Positions 43,005 through 50,987 of a stretch of DNA of 52,683 nt are shown here, piece by piece. The notes under the pieces are model-generated. The model was not told where the DNA came from and searched no databases. It saw only the letters and a program-made list of their open reading frames with translations. Every line of letters begins with the position of its first letter. Within the stretch, counting starts at the first letter, position 1. Both the position numbers and the translations under genes were made by a program. Source of the stretch: an uncultured Candidatus Bathyarchaeia archaeon (GTDB lineage Archaea; Thermoproteota; Bathyarchaeia; TCS64); contig CAZBUI010000001.1 in NCBI GenBank assembly GCA_964495055.1, positions 1 to 52,683 on the forward strand, read 5' to 3'.

Positions 43005-44222
43005 ATGGGTTCCTCAACCGCCTACGAAGAGCACGCCCCCAGCGGAAGCGGTGGGCTGGAGAGCAGCCTCGCCGCCCTCCACAGCCACGCCGTGAAGCTG
43101 AACACGGCGAAGACCCTCAGGGACATCTACGAGTGCACCATAAACGTGATGGTGGAGACCTTCAACTACGAGAGAGTTGACATCCTCAGGGTCCAAGGCG
43201 GTAAACTCGCGCAGGTAGCCAAGTACGGGGGAATCCCCGCCGGCGTGGAGCTACCGCTCGACGGGAAAGGCGTGACGGTCCGTGCCATCAAGGAGAGGAG
43301 AACCATCCTCGTGAACGACATAGATCAGAGCAGCAACTACGTCTTCGTGGTGACCCCCGAGACGGGTCAGCCCTACTATGAGTATGAGCTATCCAAGGCC
43401 GAGCTAGCGTCCCCCATTATCGTTGACAGCGAGGTCATCGGAGTGCTCAACATAGAAAGCACCGACAAGTATTCGTTCACGGAGATAGACAGACAGCAGC
43501 TGGAGATACTGGCTAGCCATGTCGCCACGGCCATAGACAGGCTTGCCAAACTCGATGAGGTTCAGAGACTGGGGGTGGAGCAGAGCAAGAGACTCATGGA
43601 CGGGTTCAGAAGGGTCTCCAGCATGGCCAGGCACGACCTCCGGGGGCCGCTGAGGAACATCAGCATGGCGGCCCACATCCTGAGGCAGACCCCGAATAAA
43701 TCCGAGATGTTCGGGATCATCGATGGCAACCTGAAGCACGCGGACAACATCTTGGACGACTGGAAGGAACTGACGCTGAGGAAGGATATCACCCGGATAA
43801 GGATAAACGTGAGGAAACTCGCGGAGGAGGTGCTCAAAAGCATGATGGTCCCCGACGACGTCGAGACGGAGACCGAAATCCCGGAAGACCTGGTATACCT
43901 GCTTGACATGAGGGGCATGTCCAGGGTGCTGACCAACCTCGTAACCAACTCCCTGGAAGCCATGCCAGAGGGAGGCAGACTTGTGGTGAGTGCACACGGA
44001 GACGGTGATGGGCTCGTCATAACCGTATCCGACACGGGGAAAGGGATACCGGGCGAACAACAGACCAATCTATTCAAGCCGTTCTTCACGACGAAGATCA
44101 CGGGCGTCGGGCTCGGCCTCGCCTACGTCAAGGACACCGTCGAGGCCCACGGCGGCACAGTGGAGTACACGGCCACACCGGGAGGGGGAGCCAGCTTCAC
44201 GATAAAGATTCCCCGCGATTAG
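43005..44222 (+). CDS. Cytoplasmic GAF-domain sensor histidine kinase
   Basis: 405 aa. The GAF region reads ERVDILRVQGGKL...ELASPIIVDSEVIGVLNIES. H-box SSMARHDLRGPL. N box NLVTNSLEAM. G1 SDTGKGIP. G2 GVGLGLAYV. Confidence 0.85.
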   Translation: MGSSTAYEEHAPSGSGGLESSLAALHSHAVKLNTAKTLRDIYECTINVMVETFNYERVDILRVQGGKLAQVAKYGGIPAGVELPLDGKGVTVRAIKERRTILVNDIDQSSNYVFVVTPETGQPYYEYELSKAELASPIIVDSEVIGVLNIESTDKYSFTEIDRQQLEILASHVATAIDRLAKLDEVQRLGVEQSKRLMDGFRRVSSMARHDLRGPLRNISMAAHILRQTPNKSEMFGIIDGNLKHADNILDDWKELTLRKDITRIRINVRKLAEEVLKSMMVPDDVETETEIPEDLVYLLDMRGMSRVLTNLVTNSLEAMPEGGRLVVSAHGDGDGLVITVSDTGKGIPGEQQTNLFKPFFTTKITGVGLGLAYVKDTVEAHGGTVEYTATPGGGASFTIKIPRD

Positions 44223-44297
44223 AATCTCATTCTCGTCGAAAATGGGGATAAAAACCTAGAAGCCCCTGAGAACCAGTCTAAAGGCAGTCAGCCGCCG

Positions 44298-44507
44298 CTA
44301 CAGCTTGATCTCGTCTTCGTCGAAGAGGAAGACCTCCTCCACAGGCTCGTCGAAGGCGTTGGCGATGCGCACCGCCAGCAGCAACGAGGGGTTGTACTCG
44401 CCGTTCTCGACGAAGCTGATGGTCTCACGCCGGACCCCCACCAGCTTGGCCAGGTCCGCCTGAGTGTATCCCATTCGGGCCCTGAGCTCCTTTATGCGGG
44501 TCTTCAT
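44298..44507 (-). CDS. XRE-family HTH transcriptional regulator (second copy)
   Basis: The internal ATG at 44507 gives MKTRIKELRARMGYTQADLAKLVGVRRETISFVENGEYNPSLLLAVRIANAF. It overlaps the upstream gene stop as ATGA. Confidence 0.85.
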   Translation of the reverse strand: MKTRIKELRARMGYTQADLAKLVGVRRETISFVENGEYNPSLLLAVRIANAFDEPVEEVFLFDEDEIKL

Positions 44508-44914
44508 GGGCCCACGCTCTTCCTCATGACGTACATAGCCACGAAGTAGACGGCGACCTGAGCCATCATGCCTATGAGTAGCACGGGCGGAGACCCTATC
44601 TTGGGCCATGGCATCCAGTTCTCGGCGGCGAACTCGTACCAGAGCAGCGCGAGCCAGATGTAGTTGCCCACCAAGAAGGCGGCCCTGCCGGCCTTGCCCT
44701 CCAGCAGCCTCGTCCTCTCGTCTTTGACGGCGAACCCCTGGAGCCGGTCCTCTCTGTTCACCAGAATCCAGTCGACCATGAGGCCGCCTATGGCTATGAG
44801 GACCGCCACGTTGGCCGCACTGAAGAGCCCGAAGGCGTCAGCGCCGAAGACATAGAGGGCCGCGGCGGCTCCTATCAGCGCCGCCGCCAAGGTCGCTACA
44901 TGTGTTCTCTTCAT
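44504..44914 (-). CDS. DUF2178-like membrane protein (second copy)
   Basis: The ATG at 44914 is preceded by GGAGGAAAAGGA. Four hydrophobic helices and a KDERTRLLEGKAGRAAF loop parallel the 19586-19972 product. Confidence 0.65.
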   Translation of the reverse strand: MKRTHVATLAAALIGAAAALYVFGADAFGLFSAANVAVLIAIGGLMVDWILVNREDRLQGFAVKDERTRLLEGKAGRAAFLVGNYIWLALLWYEFAAENWMPWPKIGSPPVLLIGMMAQVAVYFVAMYVMRKSVGP

Positions 44915-45096
44915 TCCTTTTCCTCCTGTTTGGTCTAACACACACAATGTGCGATTTACCGCATATCTTGTTATGTATACCTAACATCCAGAATATAAAC
45001 CTTCCGCATGGTCAACCCTTAAACCCCGACACCCCACAGATATGCAGGGGCGTCCACCACGCCGTGGACCCCACACCCGCAACGGAGCAAACAAGG

Positions 45097-45723
45097 ATGC
45101 TGCAAAGGATCATGGAAAAGGTCACACAATACATGGCCGCCTTCGACGAGGCCAGGGACGGGGCCTACCCAAAGGCACGGAAGGGCAGAACCCTAAGCAA
45201 AAAGTCCATCCTCGTGCTACACAGAGGCGAGCCCCAAGAAGCTCGGCGGCTCCTCTCCGAGGCAGCCCACCTGCTAACCGAGGCCCAGGAGGCCGCAGAG
45301 GCGTTCCCCGGCGTCCAGAACAGCGAAACCCTTTCGGCGGCCAGACAGGAACACGCGGAGGCGGCCATACTCCTCTCGCTCATCACAGAGAAGAGATACC
45401 CCGACCCTCAGGAGCTGGGCCTAGACGAGACCGACTACGTGCTGGGACTCGCGGACGTGCCCGGCGAGCTCAGGCGGCAGGCGCTGGACAGGCTCAGAGA
45501 AGGTGACCTAGAGACCGCCGAGATCCTCCTAAAAACCATGGAGGAGATATACCTCTGCCTCACCGAGGCCGAGGAGGCCAGCATGACGCTCAGAGGAATG
45601 CGCCGGAAGCTAGACGTAGCACGCGGAGTCACCGAACGCACCAGGGCCGAGGTCACGGCGGAGGCCGGGCGACGCCGACTCTCACGGGAGCTGAAGTCAA
45701 TCACAGAAAAACTCAAGACATAG
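45097..45723 (+). CDS. Translin-family protein
   Basis: From the internal ATG the product reads MLQRIMEKV...SKKSILVLHRGEPQEA...AARQEHAEAAILLSLI...YVLGLADVPGELRRQALDRLREGD...MEEIYLCL...LRGMRRKLDVARG, which matches the translin pattern. The upstream 65 codons in the ORF track cross the divergent promoter. Confidence 0.75.
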   Translation: MLQRIMEKVTQYMAAFDEARDGAYPKARKGRTLSKKSILVLHRGEPQEARRLLSEAAHLLTEAQEAAEAFPGVQNSETLSAARQEHAEAAILLSLITEKRYPDPQELGLDETDYVLGLADVPGELRRQALDRLREGDLETAEILLKTMEEIYLCLTEAEEASMTLRGMRRKLDVARGVTERTRAEVTAEAGRRRLSRELKSITEKLKT

Positions 45724-45807
45724 CCCAAGCCCCCCCGTCCACACCCTAAAAAACGCTTATAGCGAGTACCCAGCTATAAGAAAAACCATCGAAAAAGATA
45801 CGAGCCC

Positions 45808-46104
45808 CTACTTGTGCCGCTTGATGTTGTTGGCCTTCCGCTGAGCACGCCGATAAGCGAACTTACGGGTGGTGTTAATCTGGCTACGGTGGAAACGGTA
45901 TCTCCGGCCCTCCTCGTCGCTGAGGGCGTCATAGAACTGGGGATACGTTATCTCGTTTCTATAAAGCTTGGTGATCGTCTCGTTAAGCATCTCTCTGTTC
46001 TCGGGGCTGGCCTCGGCGAAAGCCTTCTCATAAGACTGGTAAGCCACGTTGAACTTGAAATCGGTGCTATCGAAACTCAGCTTCTCTGGCTCTTCTCCGC
46101 TCAT
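45808..46104 (-). CDS. Hypothetical protein with a strongly basic C-terminal tail
   Basis: 98 aa with an acidic/helical N-terminal part and then RRYRFHRSQINTTRKFAYRRAQRKANNIKRHK. I recognised no family. Confidence 0.45.
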   Translation of the reverse strand: MSGEEPEKLSFDSTDFKFNVAYQSYEKAFAEASPENREMLNETITKLYRNEITYPQFYDALSDEEGRRYRFHRSQINTTRKFAYRRAQRKANNIKRHK

Positions 46105-46170
46105 ACGTCTACAGTCCGGTGAGAAAACTAATACACGCTCCAGATTTATAGGTTCCCCGTTCCTGGGCTT

Positions 46171-46431
46171 ATGAAACGCTTAAATCAGTCTCGATGGTGT
46201 ATTGATGCGGATACCGAGGAGCCTCTCGAGGCTTTAAAGTATACCTACAGAGTAGGAGTGAAAGAGTTGAGCAACAGGAGACGCTACGACAGAGGCCCCC
46301 GCGAGATGCACAAGGCGATCTGCAGCGACTGCGGAAAGGAGTGCGAAGTCCCGTTCAAGCCCACAGAGGGCAGGCCGGTCTACTGCCAAGAGTGCTACCA
46401 GAAGCACAGGCCACCGCGCCGCAGGTATTAA
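46171..46431 (+). CDS. CxxC-x17-CxxC zinc-ribbon protein; the true start is probably downstream (GTG 46258 or ATG 46306)
   Basis: C-terminal RRRYDRGPREMHKAICSDCGKECEVPFKPTEGRPVYCQECYQKHRPPRRRY is the CxxC-x17-CxxC module. A TTTAAAGTATAC TATA-like box at about 46233-46244 lies inside the long ORF, arguing for a short product. Confidence 0.65.
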   Translation: MKRLNQSRWCIDADTEEPLEALKYTYRVGVKELSNRRRYDRGPREMHKAICSDCGKECEVPFKPTEGRPVYCQECYQKHRPPRRRY

Positions 46432-46582
46432 TCCGTGGACAGCCCGTCTGTTCACAACATTTTTTATATTACACCCATTCTATGCATTCATCGCTAGACA
46501 GGAAGAATGGGATCATTGTGTACCCCAGCTTGAGACCGGTCTCACCCTCGGCAGGTCTAGCGGGTTTTATGGAGGAACAGAC

Positions 46583-48031
46583 ATGGTAGAGCCCCCCATA
46601 CATATATACGACACCATGACCCGGCGCAAGAAGCCGTTCAAGCCGCTCAACCCACCCACGGTCACCATGTACGTCTGTGGCCCCACCGTCTACGGCGACC
46701 CCCACATAGGCAACCTGCGGACATTCACCCTCGGCGACCTCATAAGGCGTTGGCTGGAGTACAGGGACTACTGGGTCAAGTACGTAATGAACATCACGGA
46801 CATCGAGGACAAGACCATCAGGGACAGCGCCGCCGCCGGCAAGACCCTGAAGGAGTTCACGGACTACTACACGGGCGTCTTCTTCCGCGCCCTAGACCTG
46901 CTGAGCATCAAACGGGCGACAGCCCACCCGCGGGCCACGGAGTACGTCCCCCAGATGATAGAGCTCATAGAAAAGTTGATGGAGAAGGGAGCGGCGTACG
47001 AAGCCGAGGACGGCGTATACTTCGACATCGACAAGTTCCCCCGGTACGGGAAGCTGAGCGGCGTAGACCTGGGCAAAGTCAAGCGCACCGAGCGGGTGGC
47101 CGCGGACGACTACGCCAAGGAGGACGCACAGGACTTCGTCCTCTGGAAGAAGTCGACGCCGGAGGAGCTTGAGCGGGGCATCTACTATGAATCCCCCTGG
47201 GGCAGGGGCCGCCCAGGCTGGCATATAGAGTGCAGCGTCATGAGCCTCGAGCTCCTCGGCGAAACCGTGGACATCCACGCGGGCGGCGAGGACCTCACGT
47301 TCCCGCACCACGAGAACGAGGTGGCTCAGAGCGAGACCGTCACCGGCAAAAAGTTCGTGAGGTTCTGGCTCCACATGAGGTTCCTCATGATCGGGGGAGG
47401 CAAGATGAGCAAGAGCCTCGGCAACTACGTGAGCTTCGACGACATACTGGAGAGGCACACCCCGGACGCGCTGCGGTACTTCTACGTCTCGACCCACTAC
47501 AGGAAGCCGCTGAACTTCACTTGGGAGAACATGGAGAACGCCCAGAACACGGTGAACCGCCTAGAGAACACGCTGGACCTCATAGAGAACGCCATGAGAG
47601 GGCCGGACGACAACCTGGACTACGGGAAGAGGGAGGAAAAGCTGCTGAACGCGGTCAGAGCCGAGAAGCAGGGGTTCATAGAGGCCATGGACAACGACTT
47701 CGACACCCCAGTAGCCCTGGGGCACCTCCACGCAGTGAACGGTGCAATAAACGAGTACCTCACGGGGCCGGCCAACAAGGGCGTGCTCAGGGAGGCCGGC
47801 GACACCTACAGGGAGCTCCTGGGGGTCCTGGGGCTCTTCGAGAAGCGCAGAGCAAGCGGCGACGAGGTCACTGAGCAGCTGATAACCCTGATAACCGACC
47901 TTCGGGAGGAGTATAGACGGAAGAAGAACTACGCGTTCGCCGACCTCATAAGGGACAGGCTCGCCGAGGCAGGCGTCGAGATACAGGACACGGCCGACGG
48001 CACCACCTGGAAGCTGAAGACCAGCTCTTAG
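46583..48031 (+). CDS. cysS: Cysteine--tRNA ligase
   Basis: 482 aa. [20 protein letters not shown] (HIGH), [21 protein letters not shown] and KMSKSLGN (KMSKS). Confidence 0.95.
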   Translation: MVEPPIHIYDTMTRRKKPFKPLNPPTVTMYVCGPTVYGDPHIGNLRTFTLGDLIRRWLEYRDYWVKYVMNITDIEDKTIRDSAAAGKTLKEFTDYYTGVFFRALDLLSIKRATAHPRATEYVPQMIELIEKLMEKGAAYEAEDGVYFDIDKFPRYGKLSGVDLGKVKRTERVAADDYAKEDAQDFVLWKKSTPEELERGIYYESPWGRGRPGWHIECSVMSLELLGETVDIHAGGEDLTFPHHENEVAQSETVTGKKFVRFWLHMRFLMIGGGKMSKSLGNYVSFDDILERHTPDALRYFYVSTHYRKPLNFTWENMENAQNTVNRLENTLDLIENAMRGPDDNLDYGKREEKLLNAVRAEKQGFIEAMDNDFDTPVALGHLHAVNGAINEYLTGPANKGVLREAGDTYRELLGVLGLFEKRRASGDEVTEQLITLITDLREEYRRKKNYAFADLIRDRLAEAGVEIQDTADGTTWKLKTSS

Positions 48032-48139
48032 CGATGGACGCCAAGGGGCTCCATACGCCCTAATAATTATCTTAAACCTTTTTTCATGGCTCGGGGCTGG
48101 GTTTAAAGGTGAGCACGGCTTCCCATAGGCTGAAACCAG

Positions 48140-49107
48140 TTGAAGGTCGCCGAAGGCATATACCGGCTCACGGTGCCCATGGAGAGGAACCCGCTGGGGA
48201 AGACGTACAGCTACCTCTTCACCGACGTTAAAGCCCTCATAGACACGGGAGTCCCCACGGACAGCGCCTACCAAGGACTCACAGGGGAACTCAAACTGCA
48301 CGGAATGAGGCCCCAAGACGTGGAGAGAGTCATACTGACGCACCTCCACAACGACCACATCGGCCTGGCTAAGACTCTGCAGGAGTATGGAGCCGAGATA
48401 GTAGCAATCCAGGCGGCCGCCGAGAAACAGGAGGCGGTCAGGAGGCAACAGGAGAACTTCTATGAGCTCACCGTCGAGGAGACCAGGCTATCGGCGGCGA
48501 GGAGTACCTCCAGCACCTACAGCGCTACAGGTGGGCGTTCAGAGACTTCCCGGAGCCCCTCAGGATAGACAGGACTCTGCGCGACGGGGAGACCGTGAAG
48601 CTCAACGGCAAGGAGATGACTGTGATCTGGACGTCCGGGCACGCGTACGAGCATATCGTCATCTATGATCCAGCAGACAGACTGCTCTTCAGCGGCGACC
48701 ACGTCCTGCCCAAGATAACAAGCCACATCGCACTACACAGCTACGAGGACATGAATCCGCTGGGCGACTACCTGAAGAGCCTGGACAAGGTCAAGGACCT
48801 GGACGTTGACATGATTTACCCGGCCCACGAGTGGGAGTTCAGCAACCTGGCCGACCGCGTGGAGCAACTCAAGGTACACCACATGAACAGGCTCCAGGAG
48901 ATGAAGGACACCCTCCGGAACGGTCCCCGGACCATCTACGACGTCGGAAGCAGGGTCCACTGGGAGAGCCGGCCGTGGCCGGAGATGAGCTTCTGGACCA
49001 AGCGCATGGCGGCGACGGAGACCTACGCCCACCTAGTCTATCTTCGGAACAGGGGAGAGATCGCTGAAACAAAGAAGGATGGAATACTGTACTACAGCCT
49101 AGCTTAG
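48140..49107 (+). pseudogene. MBL-fold metallo-hydrolase split by a 1-nt frameshift (about 48466-48492)
   Basis: The first ORF carries THLHNDHIG (HxHxDH). The second frame, open from 48466, reads ...IGGEEYLQHLQRYRWAFRDFPEPLRIDRTLRDGETVKLNGKEMTVIWTSGHAYEHIVIYD...FSGDHVL, carrying the remaining MBL His/Asp motifs. TTG start. Confidence 0.8.
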
Positions 49108-49115
49108 GGATTGGT

Positions 49116-49142
49116 GCCCCCTTCCCTCCCCAGGAAGGGGGC
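49116..49142. terminator. Perfect 10-bp GC-rich hairpin between convergent genes
   Basis: gcccccttcc (49116-49125), loop ctcccca, ggaagggggc (49133-49142). It sits between the MBL stop (49107) and the wHTH gene stop (49172). Confidence 0.35.
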
Positions 49143-49171
49143 GAATGGGGGAGATATTTGGGGAGAGTGAC

Positions 49172-49834
49172 TTACCGCCAGACCTTGATGCCGCGCTCGT
49201 GTAGGTACTGCGCCGCCAGGTCCGCGATGTCGGGGCTCTTGAAGGGTATCTTGAGCTCCTTTACGTGTATCATTATCTCTGTGTACTTGATCTCGGGGGG
49301 CGCCTCCTTCTCCTGGAACTCGTCCAGTATGGTCTGGGCGACCTCCTCGGCGACCCTGAACTTGGGGCTCAGCATCCTGTAGTGGTGCTTGAGGGCGTTC
49401 CCGACCTCCTGGGGGGTCGCGGACTCTATGGCCCAGACCGTGGGCCTCGGGCCGCCTTTGCTTCGCTGCACCTTGCTGACCTTGAGTGCGGGCACCACCA
49501 CCTTCATCGCCCTGAGCCGTTTCATGGCGCGGTAGACGGTGGCCTCGGGCATGTTGAGCTCGCACTGGAGCACCCACGCAGTGGCTGCACCGTGCAGGCA
49601 GAAGTACAGGAACGTCTCGCTCACGGCCTTGCTACTGAAAATCTTCTCGCTGAAGTTCATGAGCTCCTGAATGTTCTTCAGGGTGGTCGCGACGTCGTTC
49701 TTCTCGTTTAAAAGCAGTAATTTCCGGAAAACTTCAACATATTTGGTGAACTTTTGCTCGCTGACACCGGGTTTTCTCACCGATCTCTTTTTATTTGCGG
49801 AGCGAGCTCTATCTAGGGCTACCGTATTCGACAC
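49172..49834 (-). CDS. Winged-helix DNA-binding protein (hypothetical regulator)
   Basis: 220 aa. The central segment AATAWVLQCELNMPEATVYRAMKRLRAMKVVVPALKVSKVQRSKGGPRPTVWAI reads as HTH plus a beta-wing. The N-terminus is basic. Family not recognised. Confidence 0.55.
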   Translation of the reverse strand: MSNTVALDRARSANKKRSVRKPGVSEQKFTKYVEVFRKLLLLNEKNDVATTLKNIQELMNFSEKIFSSKAVSETFLYFCLHGAATAWVLQCELNMPEATVYRAMKRLRAMKVVVPALKVSKVQRSKGGPRPTVWAIESATPQEVGNALKHHYRMLSPKFRVAEEVAQTILDEFQEKEAPPEIKYTEIMIHVKELKIPFKSPDIADLAAQYLHERGIKVWR

Positions 49835-49850
49835 TTGAATCTAACTCCGG

Positions 49851-49950
49851 GCCTCACATGTGAGGCAAAATGTTTACAGCATCGATATGCTTATAAGTAT
49901 ACTTGTTAACAAGTAAACAAGTAAACAAATAAACTGGTGATACAGTAAAC
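49851..49950. promoter_or_regulatory. Divergent promoter/operator region with two perfect palindromes and tandem GTAAAC repeats
   Basis: gcctcacatgtgaggc (49851-49866). gtttac (49872-49877). cttataag, a TATA candidate (49890-49897). cttgttaacaag (49902-49913). Three tandem 8-mers AAGTAAAC AAGTAAAC AAATAAAC (49911-49934). GTAAAC again at 49945-49950, abutting the ATG. Confidence 0.5.
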
Positions 49951-50391
49951 ATGCCCCGTAAAACCGTCGCCATACGCGGCCTGGACACAGAACTCTACAC
50001 AGAGATCTTCACCATGGCCAAGAAGGACGGCAAACGCGTGGCAGACGTGGTCAACAAAGCCCTCGAGGAATGGATCAACAACGAGACCGATGAAGCCCCC
50101 GCCGTGTTCGATGGCGCATCATCTAACTCCGGAGCAGAATTTATTTTAGCCATCGACGATGAAGGCGAAGTTAGCCTCGGAAAAGAGGACATAAAGGAAA
50201 TAGCCAAGGAGATGGGTCCATTCGCCATAGAGAGCAACGGAAGCCTGGTGTTCGAGAAAGACGTCGACAAGAATGCCTTGAACAGCATCACTAAGATTTC
50301 TGTGCGGTCGGGCACCGTCAAGGTGCCCAGAAAGGCCTACGCCCAATTCCTAATAAAGTGCAAAATACAAGGAAAGCTCGAAAAGTATTGA
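49951..50391 (+). CDS. Ribbon-helix-helix (CopG/Arc-like) domain protein with an uncharacterised C-terminal domain
   Basis: 146 aa. RKTVAIRGLDTELYTEIFTMAKKDGKRVADVVNKALEEWI has the beta-alpha-alpha RHH pattern. The stop overlaps a candidate TTG start of the next gene. Confidence 0.55.
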   Translation: MPRKTVAIRGLDTELYTEIFTMAKKDGKRVADVVNKALEEWINNETDEAPAVFDGASSNSGAEFILAIDDEGEVSLGKEDIKEIAKEMGPFAIESNGSLVFEKDVDKNALNSITKISVRSGTVKVPRKAYAQFLIKCKIQGKLEKY

Positions 50392-50987
50392 GCCCCGTTT
50401 ACACGGTGGCAGGGGCCCAGGACGGGAGCTTCGAGCCTTTCCGCAGGGGAACAGGTAGCCCCATACAGCACACTTCTCTATGTATAACAAGGCTGAGGGG
50501 CGCGGTTATACAGGACGCTAGGCTGGCGTGTATAACGGTGGATGGGCTCGACGTCACGGAAGCCTTGTTGAATGGTTTGTGCTCGTGGGAACTCGACGCG
50601 TTGATCCTAGGCGGAGCCACGTTCGCGGGTTTCAATGTTGTGGACGTTAAGCGGCTGAACGGTGAGACGGGGATGCCTGTGATCGTGTTCAGCGGAGACC
50701 GCCCCAACGTGGAGGCAACCAGAGACGCCCTGCGTAAACATTTCCCTGATTGGAGGGAGAGGTGGAGCCGCTACATGGAACTCGGTGAGATACATTCGCT
50801 GACCATAAGGAAGTACCCTCCGGTGTACTACGAGGCCGTGGGCTGCTCCAAGGGCTTCGCAGCGGAAGTGCTCAGGGAGCAGGCTGTGTCCTGTAGAACA
50901 CCAGAGTGCGTACGGGTTGCCGACCTGATAGCCAAGGGGGTCACTCCAGTAGTTCGAGATCCAGCGGGATGTTCTGATGGTTCATAA
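50388..50987 (+). CDS. UPF0215/DUF99 family protein (endonuclease V-like fold)
   Basis: VAGAQDGSF...ITVDGLDVTEALL...LILGGATFAGFNVVDVKRLNGETGMPVIVF...TPECVRVADLIA follows the DUF99 pattern. The start is uncertain (TTG 50388, GTG 50406, or GTG 50358 per the ORF track). Confidence 0.7.
   Translation: MSPVYTVAGAQDGSFEPFRRGTGSPIQHTSLCITRLRGAVIQDARLACITVDGLDVTEALLNGLCSWELDALILGGATFAGFNVVDVKRLNGETGMPVIVFSGDRPNVEATRDALRKHFPDWRERWSRYMELGEIHSLTIRKYPPVYYEAVGCSKGFAAEVLREQAVSCRTPECVRVADLIAKGVTPVVRDPAGCSDGS

Noticed and set aside
49172-50987. Interpreting the wHTH / RHH / DUF99 region as an integrated plasmid, virus or toxin-antitoxin module.
   Set aside because: No replication, integrase, capsid or toxin-like gene is present, and no flanking direct repeats were seen. 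Only the promoter architecture is reminiscent of mobile-element control regions. I kept it as a regulatory finding instead.
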